A stretch of 64,000 bases of DNA from Octopus vulgaris. Its lineage: Eukaryota. Under the pieces are notes generated by a model. That model was not told where the DNA came from, searched no databases, and was given only the letters and a program-made list of their open reading frames with translations. Both the position numbers and the translations under genes were made by a program. Position 1 is the first letter of the stretch. Each line of letters starts with the position of its first letter. Below, piece after piece: positions 27,019 through 41,127 of the stretch. The stretch spans positions 11,718,001 to 11,782,000 of the forward strand of contig OX597836.1 of NCBI GenBank assembly GCA_951406725.2. The letters are read 5' to 3'.

Positions 27019-27518
27019 GTATGTATATATATATATATATGATACGATTACAGTAACTATTCTCGGGAGCTAGACAATTAAAATAGCTGCGAATAATTAT
27101 GAGAGTAGCAAACGTCGCTTTTTCATACGTTCGAAGAAAGAGACAGATACGACCATAAACTTTTACTGAAGATAACTTTTACTGAATGCATGATATTCAA
27201 CTTTGCTTTATTGATATCTTATAATACGATTTATATGAAGGTGAGTGGTAAAGTTGTTGCGCTGCTGATCGTAAGGTAGCGGGTTGAACTTCGTGTCCTT
27301 GAGAAGGTGATGCGTTGCCCTGTGTTAAAAATTTTTCTAATTTCATGTGGTAATTAGTAGTCTTCGATCTATTTATCGATCTGTCTATCGCTATCAGTCT
27401 GTATGTCTATCTATCTGTCTGTCTATCATTCTATATATCTACCTATTTTTGTCTGTCTTTATATCTATCTGTTTAGCTAAGTGTTGCCTGTCTATCTCTC
27501 TCTCTCTCTCTCTGTCAC

Positions 27519-27567
<49 letters not shown>

Positions 27568-27793
27568 TTCTCTATCTATCTGTCTGTCTGTCTGTCTATC
27601 TATTTCTTTGTCTATCTGCCTTTTTATCTGTACTTTTCCTTAATGGCATGACAGTTTTGCATTATCTCCCCTTCTCGTGTGGAGCAGGGTTTTAATTGCC
27701 ATTTGGTAATTGTGAGACATCTTCTAAATGGGGAAATTATTTTAATAAATCAAGAGTTAACACCGTGTGGTATTTGGCATAGATATAACAGTA

Positions 27794-27867
<74 letters not shown>

Positions 27868-27957
27868 GCCCCTGGATGTTTTGTTGTCCCTTTTTGTATC
27901 ACCTAGTTGTTCGGATGTTTTGCGTTCTTGTCCCATTTTGTATTTTATATATATATC

Positions 27958-28427
27958 ATATTAAATTAGAGATAAAACCACTATTAGGCAAATCATACAA
28001 TGAAAAACTTAAGCCAATACATAAGATTATTTAATTTATATTATTTAAATATATAACAAAATTATTAAAAAAATATAATTAATATAACACTACGATCGTT
28101 TCATTTAATTGGTTGATTAACCCTCGCCAAGTTAAATATTTAAACCACTTGATGAATGACTGTAACTCGAAAATTTAAAGAAATTAACAGCCATGAAACG
28201 ATCGTAGTGTTATATTAATTGTATTTTTTTAATAATTTTGTTATATATTTAAATAATATAAATTAAATAATCTTATGTATTGGCTTAAGTTTTTCATTGT
28301 ATGATTTGCCTAATAGTGGTTTTATCTCTAATTTAATATAATATAATATTTTACTGTAAAATTGGATTCAATCCTAAATCTGATTTTTCCCTGTAAGTTT
28401 GGATTTATTCCCTAATATTTATTATTA
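27958..28427. mobile_element. Inverted-repeat element (arms 27958-28104 and 28193-28339) with hammerhead, putative Penelope-like terminus
   Basis: ~147-bp arms nearly perfectly complementary. The right arm extends to a terminus (TTTTTCCCTGTAAGTTTGGA) also seen in reverse at ~2100-2140. (TA)n flanks. Confidence 0.75.
28146..28209 (+). ncRNA. Minimal type-I hammerhead motif (C3 to U in this copy)
   Basis: cac TTGATGA ATGACTGT...ACAGCCAT GAAAC GATC GTA gtg: stem II 7/8 paired, palindromic ACGATCGT in place of stem III. Confidence 0.75.
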
Positions 28428-28510
<83 letters not shown>

Positions 28511-28527
28511 TATACATATATATACAT

Positions 28528-28579
<52 letters not shown>

Positions 28580-28735
28580 GCTTGGTGATGCAAAGAGGAA
28601 AAATAGAATTAGAAAGATAGATATTGAGTGTATATATAAATATACATACACACACGTTAATATTTAGCGGAAGCAACAGCATGACTCAAGGGCCGAAGGC
28701 TTCGAGTCAGTCTGTCGCTTTTGCTAAGTATTAAT

Positions 28736-28767
<32 letters not shown>

Positions 28768-28815
28768 TACATACACGTGTGTGTGTATACATACATACAT
28801 ACATACATACATACA

Positions 28816-28851
<36 letters not shown>

Positions 28852-28878
28852 TACATATATATATACATAAATATACGA

Positions 28879-28915
<37 letters not shown>

Positions 28916-29125
28916 CATACATATATATACATGCATGCATGCCTCTCTGTGTAGACCCACACCCATACCCCTAAACATTATACCGTAATACCGATATAAA
29001 CAGCTGGCAAGTTTCGTATGATGCTGGGGCCCCATCGAAATGGAACCGGGGCTGAGCTGGTGTTAATGAACCGTGAAAAGTGCATTATTCCACACATTAA
29101 CCAAGCTCCATAATAAACTTACATG

Positions 29126-29137
29126 ATTCTTCTTCTT

Positions 29138-29220
<83 letters not shown>

Positions 29221-29229
29221 CATTATTAA

Positions 29230-29310
<81 letters not shown>

Positions 29311-29335
29311 CATTACTAATATTATTATTATTATG

Positions 29336-29366
<31 letters not shown>

Positions 29367-29580
29367 TCATTATTATTATCATTATTATCATTATTATTAT
29401 TATTATTATCATTATTATGATTATTATTATTATTATTATTATCATTATTATTATTATTATTATTATTAATATTATCATTATTATTAATATTATTATTCTT
29501 ATTAATATTATTATTATTAATATTATTATTATTAATTTTATTATTATTATTATTATTATTATTATCATTATTATTATTAT

Positions 29581-29635
<55 letters not shown>

Positions 29636-29654
29636 TGTTGTAGTAGTAGTAGTT

Positions 29655-29706
<52 letters not shown>
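29126..29706. repeat. Compound (TTC)n(ATT)n(AGT)n microsatellite
   Basis: Direct inspection. Confidence 0.97.
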
Positions 29707-30139
29707 CATTTTCCATTCTGGTAGACTGGCGATAGCATATGTGTTAGAATACCTATGGCGCATTTCCTTTATCCCTTCGTTTCTTCCCGGCAGTCTCCGT
29801 GCGTTGACGTATGCTAATGAACTTTCCAGATCCTCGTTTAACATCTGTACCGCATCTGTTGAACGCTTCCCTTCACGCGCTGCTTTTAAGCGCTGCCTGC
29901 GTGTGGCATCTGACCAACCTTCGTCTTGTTACCGCGAAACTGAAATATGGCTGCCAAATCGTAAAATTCTGATGGCAGCTTATACGCATACACAGTAGTT
30001 GTTACCCATCACACTGACGGGTAATTTTTCGAAGTATGCCTTTGCCATCATGGGTTCGAATCAGGAAACCTGGCAAACGCTTATCATTTGCGTGTTTCAA
30101 TCACTGGATTACGGCCATGTTGGGGCACTTTCAAGTTCA

Positions 30140-30690
30140 TATTCCACCGAGGTCGACTTTGCCTTTCATCCTTTCAGGGTTGATAAATTAAGTACCAGTT
30201 ACGCACTGGGGGGTCTATGTAATCGACTTAATCCCTTTGTCTCTCCTTATTTGTCCCCTCTGTGTTTAGCCCCTTGTGAGCAATAAAAATATAAGAAACG
30301 TCAGCACGCCGGGCGAAATGCTTACGTTCTGAGTTTAAATTCCGCCGAGGTCGACTCTGCCTTTCATCCTTTCGGGATCGATAAATTAAGTACTAGTTAC
30401 GCTCTGGGGTCGATGTAAACGACTTAATCCCTTTGTTTGTCCTTGTTTGTCCCCTCTACGTTTAGCCTTATGTAGGCAATAAAGAAATAAGAAACGTTAG
30501 CACACCGGATGAAATGCTTAGCAGCATTTCGTCTGACTTTACATTCTGAGTTCAAATTCCACCGAGGTCGACTTTACCTTTCCTCCTTTTGGAGTCGATA
30601 AATTAAGTACCAGCTGCGTTCTGGACTCGATCTAATCGACTGGCCCCTCTCCCAAAACTTTCGGGCCTTATGCCTCGAGTAGAAAAAAAT
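30140..30690 (+). mobile_element. Trimer of the third SINE family
   Basis: Three GAGGTCGACT(T/C)T..CCTTTC blocks in tandem. Confidence 0.83.
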
Positions 30691-31485
30691 TATGTAAATT
30701 ACCCTGACCTTAATTATGTTTTTACTATTTTTGTATATGTTTGTGTCTCTTGGCTGCTGGAGACAGAGTAGCACAATTGCCGTGTTGATGACGTCTATCG
30801 CGGCAGAAACACGTACTCTTATTCTCAGACACTAACGCTTCCCTTTTCCTAAATAGCTTGTAATTTTTTGAGAATCCCTGTTATTACATCCCCTCCTCAT
30901 GTGGAGCTGGTCTTCATTACCATTTGTCAATTATGACATATCGTTTTGAGACAGAGATGATTTTAATAAATCAAAAATTTATGTTGTATAGCATTTTATA
31001 TACCTGTATATAATGGTTTACTAATGTGTTCGTGTATTTGCAAGGCCTCGGAAGGTTATTGGAATTCGGAAAGTTATTGACGCAAAACAAACATAAAGAA
31101 TTAACGAGAAAAGATAAAGGAAATTTGTTAATTAAAAATAACATTTGAACAGAAATGTGTCATCACTTAATATGTGAGGAAAAGATATTCCATATACATG
31201 TATGTATGTGTTTCTGTACATATTATATATATATATATATAAACAAAAGGGTAATACTATAGATTACTACCAGTGGCTCAGCACAAAAGACGAATTAGTC
31301 ATTAGACAAATTATTATTCATATAGAAAAATATTATTCATGTAGAAATATAATTAAGGGCTCCTAAATAAAGATGCCAAGTGATGGGAACACAAAAAGGG
31401 GATAAATTTATCGAGAGTGAAAATCAAAAACATTTACCGATAACTTTACATATATATATATATATATGTATGTATATATATGTAT

Positions 31486-31568
<83 letters not shown>

Positions 31569-31686
31569 TAGATATATAGATATAACATATATGATATAAT
31601 ATATATAGATATTATATATATACATAATATATGTGTGTGTGTATGTATGTGTGTATATAACTGCGTGTATATATGTATGCATGTGA

Positions 31687-31733
<47 letters not shown>

Positions 31734-32217
31734 CAGATACATACATACATATTGATAGATGAAAAAATATACACATACATATATACAGATAGATAGCTAT
31801 GCACACAGACATTTATATAGAGAGATAATAGATTGATAGATAATACGTTTGTAGATATACAAAGATGGATATACACACAAACATATATAAATGGATATAC
31901 ATATACGCGCACACGCATATATACACCTGCACATAACATATACGTATGTATATAATGTGAATGTATGTTTGTGTATATCTCGCGCTCTCTCTGTTTCTCT
32001 CTTAATATATAAAGGAGAGATTTTGCTTTTATCCAAAATAGAGATGAACACCGTTTTTGTATGTGATCAGCTTGAAAAGACGTTAAGATATTAAGATATT
32101 TTTTTATTTTCCTTTAAATGAAACCAATGGTAGCCTTAATACACAAATAGAGAAATTTTATCCACCAATGCTGTGTTGAGCGGTCATTTTCATTGTTCGG
32201 CACTTACATATAAATAT

Positions 32218-32327
<110 letters not shown>

Positions 32328-32340
32328 TGAGAGAGAGAGA

Positions 32341-32445
32341 TATTTTTCTTTATTAGCCATACAGGGCTGAAAACAGAGGGGACAAATTTCAAAGTAGAAC
32401 TTTTCTTTTGGGGGAGAAAATAATTTAAAAAATAAAAAAGTTAAA
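32341..32445 (-). mobile_element. 3' end fragment of a related Tx1-clade LINE
   Basis: TTTCTTTATTAGCCATACAGGGCTG...GTAGAACTTTTCTTTTG is the reverse complement of the LINE 3' terminus. Lies between (GA)n and (TAGA/TAGG)n. Confidence 0.75.
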
Positions 32446-32505
32446 AAAATAAAAGATAGGTAGGTAAGTAGATAGGTATGTAGATAGATAGGTAGAAAGA
32501 TAGAT

Positions 32506-32551
<46 letters not shown>

Positions 32552-33936
32552 GTGTATATATACATACATACACACACATACATACACGCTCACACACACA
32601 CTCACACACACACACTCATACGTGTTGTTGCCATAACTCAAAAATTTAACCTTCAACGAAATATTAAAAAAAAAAACATTTTCTCGAAAAGGACTAAAAC
32701 AAAAACAACAGGAACAACAACGAAACAACACTCCAAACAACAATATCAACACAAAACATTTTCCTATCCTTCAACCCATTGCAATTTCAAAGCCTTTTGG
32801 TTTACTTGAGCGTCCCATTGTTTTCGACTGGAGATAATAGTTTATTCATCAAAATCAAAAACAAAAACAAAACGTCAGTCTAAATTAAGAAATTGTTACT
32901 CTATTGTTACTTCTATTTTATTTATATTTCATGTTTTTTTTATTATTATTACCCTTTTCTTCTTTTACAAAACAAATTTTCTAGTTGAGGGAGGAGTTTT
33001 TTGCGTTATTTTCCGGGGTACATTTTTTTTTCTCTTTTGTACATTATCACATTTTCAATGTTTCTTTCTGTTTCTGTGTTTCGTTTCGTTTTGTTTTTGT
33101 TTTTTTTTTTGTTTTTTGTTTTCAGAGTTGTTTTAGTTTCTGCATGTGTTAGAAATTACAAGAAGAAAAACAATAGGAAGAAACGAAACGCATTTTAGCT
33201 GACGGCTGTGCTTCAAACCTGGTTTCAGTTATCTACCTGGGCTTGGTGGGTACTTTGTTGAGGACATACATTTTGTTGGAGATGAGGAAAATAAGAAGAA
33301 ATATTACTGAGAAACGCACACACACACCCTCTACATAAACACATACATATTTATGTATATATATATATATATATATATACGCACACATACATTTATATCC
33401 ATATACATACATATATGCACACACATTTATATATATATATACATTTATATAATATTCATACATATATATACATTTATATACATAGACATATATATACATA
33501 TATCTACATATTCATACATACATATATACACACACGCACATATATATATATATACATATACATACACACACATATATATACATACACATGCATATATATA
33601 TGCGTACACATATCTATATACATATACATATATATACATATACACAGGTTTATATACATATATAAACGCATTTATATGCATATGTATATATAAATAAATA
33701 TATATATATGTGGATGTTTATATAGATACATTTATATGAATATATATATATATATTATAATCTCTGTGTATGCATCCATATGTATACATACATATATACA
33801 TACACACATTGAAACATACAAACTAATATACATACACACATTCAAACATACAAACTAATATACATGCATACGTTCATACATACATACATACATACATACA
33901 TACATACATACATACATACATACATACATACATACA

Positions 33937-33970
<34 letters not shown>

Positions 33971-34060
33971 CACACATACATACATACATACATACATACA
34001 CACACACATACATACATACATACATACATACATACATACATACATACATACATACATACA

Positions 34061-34091
<31 letters not shown>

Positions 34092-34873
34092 GTCTATGCG
34101 TTGGAGTATGAATGAGTCGGCAATCTTCAGCTTTGTAACTGATGATTCAGATCTCCTTTACTCGGCAGGAGAGTGTCAACTGGAAAGCATTATATAGTTT
34201 TCCCCCCATTTTACTCATATATATATATATATATATACATATATATACCTGGCTGCAAGGAAGCTGTAGCAGTCAGTGCTACAATGTCTAACAATGGAGA
34301 ACGAGAATCTACAATCTAAAAAAAGTCTAAAATAACTCACGTTAAACAAATGAGTAAATGAATAAATAGCAAGGTCTTACGACTATGAAAAGCAGTTTTC
34401 TGCAAATACCGAATGATGGTACGAGAGCTGTATTGTAACGATAAACTGATGGCGAGTTGTGACTCGTCAGCTGTAGCTTATTGTTAAGTTATGCCTACTT
34501 AAGTCGCTGGGTTCGTAGAATCGAGACAGTGACGATTAAAATGAACGCCGCGAGCTTATTTTGTTGTGTATTTTTACGTTCTGACTTTATATTCTGTCGA
34601 TGCCAAGTCTTTGCTTTTCATTCCTTTTAAGGTAGTTAAAACCGAAATACTAGTAATATGCTGGGCGCTATCTAGTCAACTATAACTGATATCTAATCGG
34701 TTACGACGGCAATTGTTCCAATTGTTCCTTGTCGTCCGACGACGAAGAACCATTTATTCGCCTCTCTCTTTATCTTTCTATCAATCTATTCATTACTCCA
34801 TCTAAATGTCTATTGATCCAACAATTTATTTTTCCATTCTATTTATCTGTTTGACTGTCTGTCTGCCTATCTA

Positions 34874-36785
34874 GAGACCCTTCGACATCGCACGTTCGGT
34901 CCGTCAGGGATGCCCCCTCTCGTCGCTTCTATACGTATTGACTCTCGAGCCATTATTGCGGAAGCTGGCAACCTTGAGAGGCATCCCGCGAGAACTGGGA
35001 TGCGGGACGAGCGTGTCTGCATACGCGGACGACGTCACCGTCATAGTGTCTAGCCACGAGCACATCGAGCAGGTCGGCGAGACACTGAAAAACTACGAAG
35101 CGGTGACAGGAGCGAAAATCAACCAGGAAAAGTCAGTGGGCTTGCGACTAGGCTCCTGGAGAAGCAAGCCCATGCCGTCCACCAGCGCCTCCGTCGTGGG
35201 ACGCTGGACCGACGGCCCGGTTGAGTTGCTCGGGGTCTGGTTTGGTCCGGACCTCCAAGTGGAGAAGAACTGGAACGAGATAACGAGTAGAGTGGTCACT
35301 CTCGCCCGGCAATGGGCCAAGAGGAAACTGTCCCTAAAAGGTCGGGCGGAGGTGGCGAACACGTACATCGCGTCCGTCATCTACTACCGCCTGACCGTCG
35401 TACCTTGTCCCGACCCTACCATCACCAAACTACAACGCATTCTCTTTCGCTTCTTGTGGAAAGGATGCGTCCCGATGGTCAGGCGATCCATTTGCTGTCA
35501 ACACCCGTTAAAAGGAGAGCTGGGCATGCCGTGGTTGATGATGCGCAGACACGCGCTGAGACTGCGACATCTCTGGCTCTATGTAGACGACGGTGAACAG
35601 GTGTGGTCGCCGTTTGTGAGGCACGCTTTCCCGCAGCTCGTCTCCATGACCGAACTGCAGTCGTGGATCAAAAAGAGGCCGAGGAAGGGCGAATGGCACC
35701 GCGAGTGTCGCGTTGCTCTCAAGCAACTCTGCCGTCCTGGGTCGACCTTGAGTGACTTCAACACAACCAAAGCATTCTATAGGGGTTTAGTGGAGGGGAG
35801 GTACGACGACGAGCTCGGGGCGAACCTGGACGTCGACGAGGAGTACCTGACCCGCCTGTTCAGGACGACTTTCGGGCCAGGGCCCATGGACAACTTCCAG
35901 AGATCCCTGGCCTGGCAGTGCTACCGAGAAGCGCTACCCGTTCGGGATAAGCTCTACAGACACGGCTCGAGAAACACGGGGCCGACCTGCCCGAGATGCG
36001 GTCAGAGCGACGAAACCGTTCTGCACGCACTCGTGCAGTGTCCAACAATTTCCGACCTGTGGGCTTATGTCGAACAACTGCTGTCACGTGTGGGACGAGT
36101 CGGTTTATCAGCTGAGTCTATCGTCAATATTGTCACGCCTCCTTCCTTCAAACGGGAAGGAAGAGCTATTTTCATCATCCTTGTGGCTATGGCGAAAGAA
36201 TGTATCTGGTGGACGCGTCTGAAAGGATTGGAGACAAACACTTTCCTCTCTGGTCAATCTCTCATCAACTTCTTCAAGTACCACTTGAAAAGGAAAGTGA
36301 GAGTAGAGAGGCAAGTTTTGTCTAGCGAACGTTTTAAAAAAAGATGGGTGAATGTAGCAAGAATGGCACGTATGAATGACGAAGCCACCTTGAGCATGAT
36401 CCTATGAACCCAGAAATTGAAAACAGAGAGTTGCTTATTCGCAAAAAAAAAAAAAAGAAATATAACATGTGACTCCATTGACCGAGGTTACCGTGGTCTT
36501 TTTCGTAGGCTTTTCTTTCCACGGGTAAACCTCACCTGTCCTCCCCTTTACACTTCATATTGACATTTCTGTGATAACGATCCCTATTGATCAATTTTTT
36601 TTTTCCCTCTCCCCCTTTTTTTTTAACTCCCCTTATTTTGTCCTCTTTCTCTCCTTTTACGATCCCTTTTGATCGAAACTCCCCCTTCCTTTTTTTTCTT
36701 TTTTTTTTAAACCTTCAAAAGAAAAGCTCTACCTTGTAATTTGTTCTATCTGTGTGCAGCCCTGTGTGGCTAATAAAGAAACATA
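34874..36785 (+). mobile_element. 5'-truncated non-LTR retrotransposon, L1/Tx1 clade
   Basis: GC-rich block with RT motifs RQGCPLS and YADD, C-terminal CPRC-x8-H-x4-C zinc knuckle, T-rich 3' UTR ending ...GTGTGGCTAATAAAGAAACATA. Both flanks are (CTAT)n/(CTGT)n-type repeats. Confidence 0.93.
34875..36407 (+). CDS. ORF2 fragment (reverse transcriptase C-terminal half plus zf-RVT), 5' truncated, no internal stops
   Basis: Frame open from 34875 (RPFDIARSVRQGCPLSSLLYVLTLEPLL...AYADDVTV...CPRCGQSDETVLHALVQC...NVARMARMNDEATLSMIL*). It includes listed ORF 34938..36407. Confidence 0.9.
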   Translation, partial: RPFDIARSVRQGCPLSSLLYVLTLEPLLRKLATLRGIPRELGCGTSVSAYADDVTVIVSSHEHIEQVGETLKNYEAVTGAKINQEKSVGLRLGSWRSKPMPSTSASVVGRWTDGPVELLGVWFGPDLQVEKNWNEITSRVVTLARQWAKRKLSLKGRAEVANTYIASVIYYRLTVVPCPDPTITKLQRILFRFLWKGCVPMVRRSICCQHPLKGELGMPWLMMRRHALRLRHLWLYVDDGEQVWSPFVRHAFPQLVSMTELQSWIKKRPRKGEWHRECRVALKQLCRPGSTLSDFNTTKAFYRGLVEGRYDDELGANLDVDEEYLTRLFRTTFGPGPMDNFQRSLAWQCYREALPVRDKLYRHGSRNTGPTCPRCGQSDETVLHALVQCPTISDLWAYVEQLLSRVGRVGLSAESIVNIVTPPSFKREGRAIFIILVAMAKECIWWTRLKGLETNTFLSGQSLINFFKYHLKRKVRVERQVLSSERFKKRWVNVARMARMNDEATLSMIL

Positions 36786-36949
36786 TCTATCTATCTATTT
36801 GTCATTCTATCTGTCTGTATATATATCTGTCTACCTATCCATCTATCTGTCTATCTATCCATCTATCTATCTATCTATCCCTCTACCCATTCATCTGTCT
36901 CTCTATCACCTTCCTCTGTCTAACAACTCATACATTCAACCATCCATCA

Positions 36950-36987
<38 letters not shown>

Positions 36988-37481
36988 TTATCTATTTATC
37001 TATCTGTCTATCTATTTATCTATCTATCTATCTATCCATCTGTCTACCTACTTTTCTTTCTGTCTATCTATCTATCCATCCATCCATCCATTCACCCAAC
37101 CATCAATCTATCTATCCATTTGTGTACCTATCTACCCATTCATCCATCTATCTGTCTATTCACCCCACCATCCACCTATTTATCCATCTTTTCTATCAAT
37201 ATATCTATCTATCTATCTATCCCTTCATCTATCTGCCTATCTACATTTTCCTCCATCTATCTGCCAATTCATGCATTCAACTATTCACACATCCTTCAAT
37301 TCATCCATTTATCCATTCGTTCCATCTACGTTTTTATCCAACTGTCTATGACCCTGTCTGTCTGCCTGCACGTACATGCATCGAGAACGTTCGAAGGTTA
37401 ATACTAATAACACATAATTAATCAAATACTTTTTAATCTCTCTCCTTATAAATCAATACATACACACATATACACACACTC

Positions 37482-37512
<31 letters not shown>

Positions 37513-37838
37513 TGTATGTATGTATGTATGTATGTATGTATGTATGTATGTATGTATGTATGTATGTATTATGTATGTATGTATGTATGTATGCATGTAT
37601 GTATGTATGTATGTATGTATGTATGTATGTATGTATGTATGTATGTATGTATGTATGTATGTATGTATGTATGCATGTATGTATGTATGTATGTATGTAT
37701 GTATGTATGTATGTATTATGTATGTATGTATGTATGTATGTATTATGTATGTATGTATGTATGCATGCATGTATGTATGTATGTATGTATGTATTATGTA
37801 TGTATGTATGTATGTATGTATGCATGTATGTATGTATG

Positions 37839-37868
<30 letters not shown>
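36786..37868. repeat. Degenerate (CTAT/CCAT)n followed by (TATG)n
   Basis: Direct inspection. Many other (TA)n, (AAT)n, (GATA)n, (CATA)n and (GA)n tracts occur throughout the window (e.g. 2815-3180, 4055-4402, 14019-14326, 26550-27040, 33880-34090, 58605-58923). Confidence 0.95.
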
Positions 37869-37872
<4 letters not shown>

Positions 37873-38189
37873 TGTTGATTTAATTTTTTTTCAATTTGTG
37901 TAACATATCTCTCGTCAAACAGGAATTCAATTTCAATTTCAAATAAAATTAGTAATTAGAAAAAGAAATAATAAACGTTTCCATTTACATAAACCCTCAA
38001 TTAATTATAACGAATATATTATTAATAAATAGCTTGATAATTACAGTGTTGTAATTGATTTCACAAGTTGAATTACAGTAAGTTTATTTAATACACAGTT
38101 ACGAAGTAATAGAGATAAGCGAAGTTAGGTTTATCGTAGTTAAATTATCGCCATTTTGCATAAATATACACACTCCTCTGTGTGTGATT

Positions 38190-38243
<54 letters not shown>

Positions 38244-38719
38244 AACAGAGAGGAAGTTGTGACGCTACGTTAGTAACTCAAGCACGTAGAGTTTCGTGTG
38301 GTATTCTGGAAATTCACGCATGTAGCTAGCTACACAGATATATACATATACTGAGTAATATTTTGGCGTTTAAATTATTAAATCACATGTGACCGAGTGC
38401 AGCTTGCCAACCACATGGTTCCGAGTTCAGTCCTACTGCGTGGTACTTGGGCGCAAGTGTCTTATACTATAGCCTCGGGCCCACCAAAGCCTTGTCAATG
38501 GATTCGGTAGACAGAAACTGAAAGAAACCCGTCGTGTATATATATATATTATATGTAAAAAAATACAAACTGGGACAAGAACGCAAAACATTTAGAAGAC
38601 GATATAAAAAACACGGACGGGACATTCGAAGCCCTCAATCTTCAGTCAAGATTATATATATCGAAACCGCAATCCTATGACCGCGAGTCCGCTGCCCTAA
38701 CCACTGGGCCATTGCGCCC

Positions 38720-38796
<77 letters not shown>

Positions 38797-38927
38797 ATTA
38801 TATATATATATGTATATATGTATATATATATATGTATATATATATGTATATATATGTATATATATATGTATATATATGTATATATATGTATATATATATA
38901 TGTATATATATGTATATATATGTATAC

Positions 38928-39002
<75 letters not shown>

Positions 39003-39003
<1 letters not shown>

Positions 39004-39388
39004 TGGAGGCGCAATGGCCCAGTGGTTAGGGCAGCGGACTCGCGGTCGTAGGATTGCGGTTTCGATTCCCAGACCGGGCGTTGTTGTGAGTATTTATTGA
39101 GCGAAAACACCTAAAGCTCCACGAGGCTCCGGCAGGGGGTGGTGGTGATCCCTGCTGTACTTTTTCACCACAACTTTCTCTCGCTCTTTCTTCCTGTTTC
39201 TCTTGTACCTGTATTTCAAAGGGCCAGCCTTGTCACCTTCTGTGTGTCACGCTGAATCTCCTCGAGAACTACATTAAGGGTACACGTGTCTGTGGAGTGC
39301 TCAGCCACTTGCACGTTAATTTCACGAGCAGGCTGTTCCGTTGATCGTATCAGCAGGGACCCTCATCGTCGCAACCGACGGAGTGCTC
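39003..39388 (+). mobile_element. tRNA-derived SINE (second OR-type family)
   Basis: Head GTGGAGGCGCAATGGCCCAGTGGTTAGGGCAGCGGACTCGCGG...GTTTCGATTCCC. Partial copies at ~8740-8930, 38662-38720, 55559-55817 and 61330-61392. Confidence 0.88.
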
Positions 39389-39746
39389 CTATATCTGCGA
39401 GTTGTGGTTTATTAGAGGACTTTTCGACTCTGATTTTGACCGTGTGCCCTATTATAATTATATATATATATATATATATATTATGTTGGGGGGGGGGGAC
39501 AAACACAGACACACAAACATATACACACACACACATACATATATTTATATACGACTGGCTTCTTTCAGTTTCCGTCTACCAAATCCACTCATAAGGCTTT
39601 GGTCGGCCCGAGGCTATAGTAAAAGACACCTGCCCAAAGTGCCACGAAGTGGGACTGAACCCGGAACCATGAGGTTCGTAAGCAAGCTATTTACCACACA
39701 GCCACTCCTAAGCCTATATATATATATGAATATATATATAAATGAA

Positions 39747-39889
<143 letters not shown>

Positions 39890-40812
39890 GTATATATATA
39901 TTATATATATATATACATCTTTCTAAATAAGTTATAACTTCAGTTTACAAAAATACCAGCATATCCACCGAAGCTCACCACATTACTAGGAATATAGAAC
40001 CGAGAATCAACAGATAATAATAGTAAATATCGAATACAGACCAGAACCCGGAAACTGTAGAGGCGAAGTATTATACTTCGGAAAAACAAAGTTGAGATTA
40101 TACTGAAATATGAAACGGTAGGAATTCCGATTGTAGTTAAACTTTTACTGACCTCGATGAAAATAGATTGGTGAATGTATTCTAAGCAGTACCTAAAATA
40201 TATTGATATTAAGGTCGATCAAGTTATTGGCCACAAATGGCTGAAGAAATATGTATGATAGGTTAGTTAATTAAAAGTTCGATAAGAAAAATGTAATGAG
40301 GAAAGTAATCTGTGACACTATACTATTTATAAGTTACTGCAATCAGTGGAGGAAAAATATATTTCAAATTTAAGATAATTTAAATACTTGGGATATAGCT
40401 TAAAGGAAAAAAGCGCTAATAAAAACAAATGTTAATGAGAAATAGAACGAATAAAAATAAATATGAATGGAAGATACGTTAAAAAACAAATAAATTACAA
40501 AAGATTGAATTAATGGCTGAGAATTAAGATTCGAGAGAATTAAACATAATTAAGAGTAGTAAAAGATATTAAACAACAAATTGCATCGTCTTAAGATTGA
40601 CTGAGAATACCCGAGATATTAATAACTGTTTGAAAACATCAATAAAACTAATGGTACGAAAAATGTGGATATGAATCGAAGTAATTCTTAAGAATGATTT
40701 AAACAATTAAAAAACATAATAATTGCTTCTCATTAATTATACCAAAATGACAAGTATCATCTAGTAATTAAGATACGTATTATGAGTGTTGCATAAACAC
40801 TTCCCACCATTT

Positions 40813-41127
40813 TTGTTTTTTTTGTTTGTTCCTTCTCGAGCCATACCTGGCTCATAAGGGCCGGTTTCCCGGGTTTCTTGGCGTATTGGTTCCCCACCTG
40901 GATGGGACGCCGGTCCGTCGCAGGTGAGCTGCAAGATGCACGAGGAAAGAGTGAGAGAGAAAGTTGTGGCGAAAGAGTCAGCAGAAGTTCGCCATTACCT
41001 TCTGCCGGAACTGCGTGGAGCTTAGGTGCTTTCGCTCATAAACACACACATCGCCCGGTCTGAGATTCGAACCCGCGATCCCTCGACCGCAAGTCCGCTG
41101 CTCTAACCACTAGGCCAAGTGCCTCCA
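40813..41127 (-). mobile_element. tRNA-derived SINE (same OR-type family)
   Basis: Reverse complement of the 9908-10224 element. Confidence 0.9.

Noticed and set aside
34133-34197. CTGATGA...CTG GAAA GCATTA hammerhead-like string
   Set aside because: Both core boxes and an inner hairpin (TCTCCT/AGGAGA) are present, but stem I and the NUH cannot be assigned consistently. Left uncalled.
38556-38652. CTGAAGA...GAATGTC on the minus strand in a TA-flanked repeat
   Set aside because: Lacks GAAA, stem III and a matching stem I. Possibly a related terminus but not a supportable ribozyme.
39940-40790. A-rich block containing FKYLG (~40379-40393), possible ancient LINE
   Set aside because: One short motif amid many stops, insufficient. 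The same applies to the T-rich block 24000-24960.
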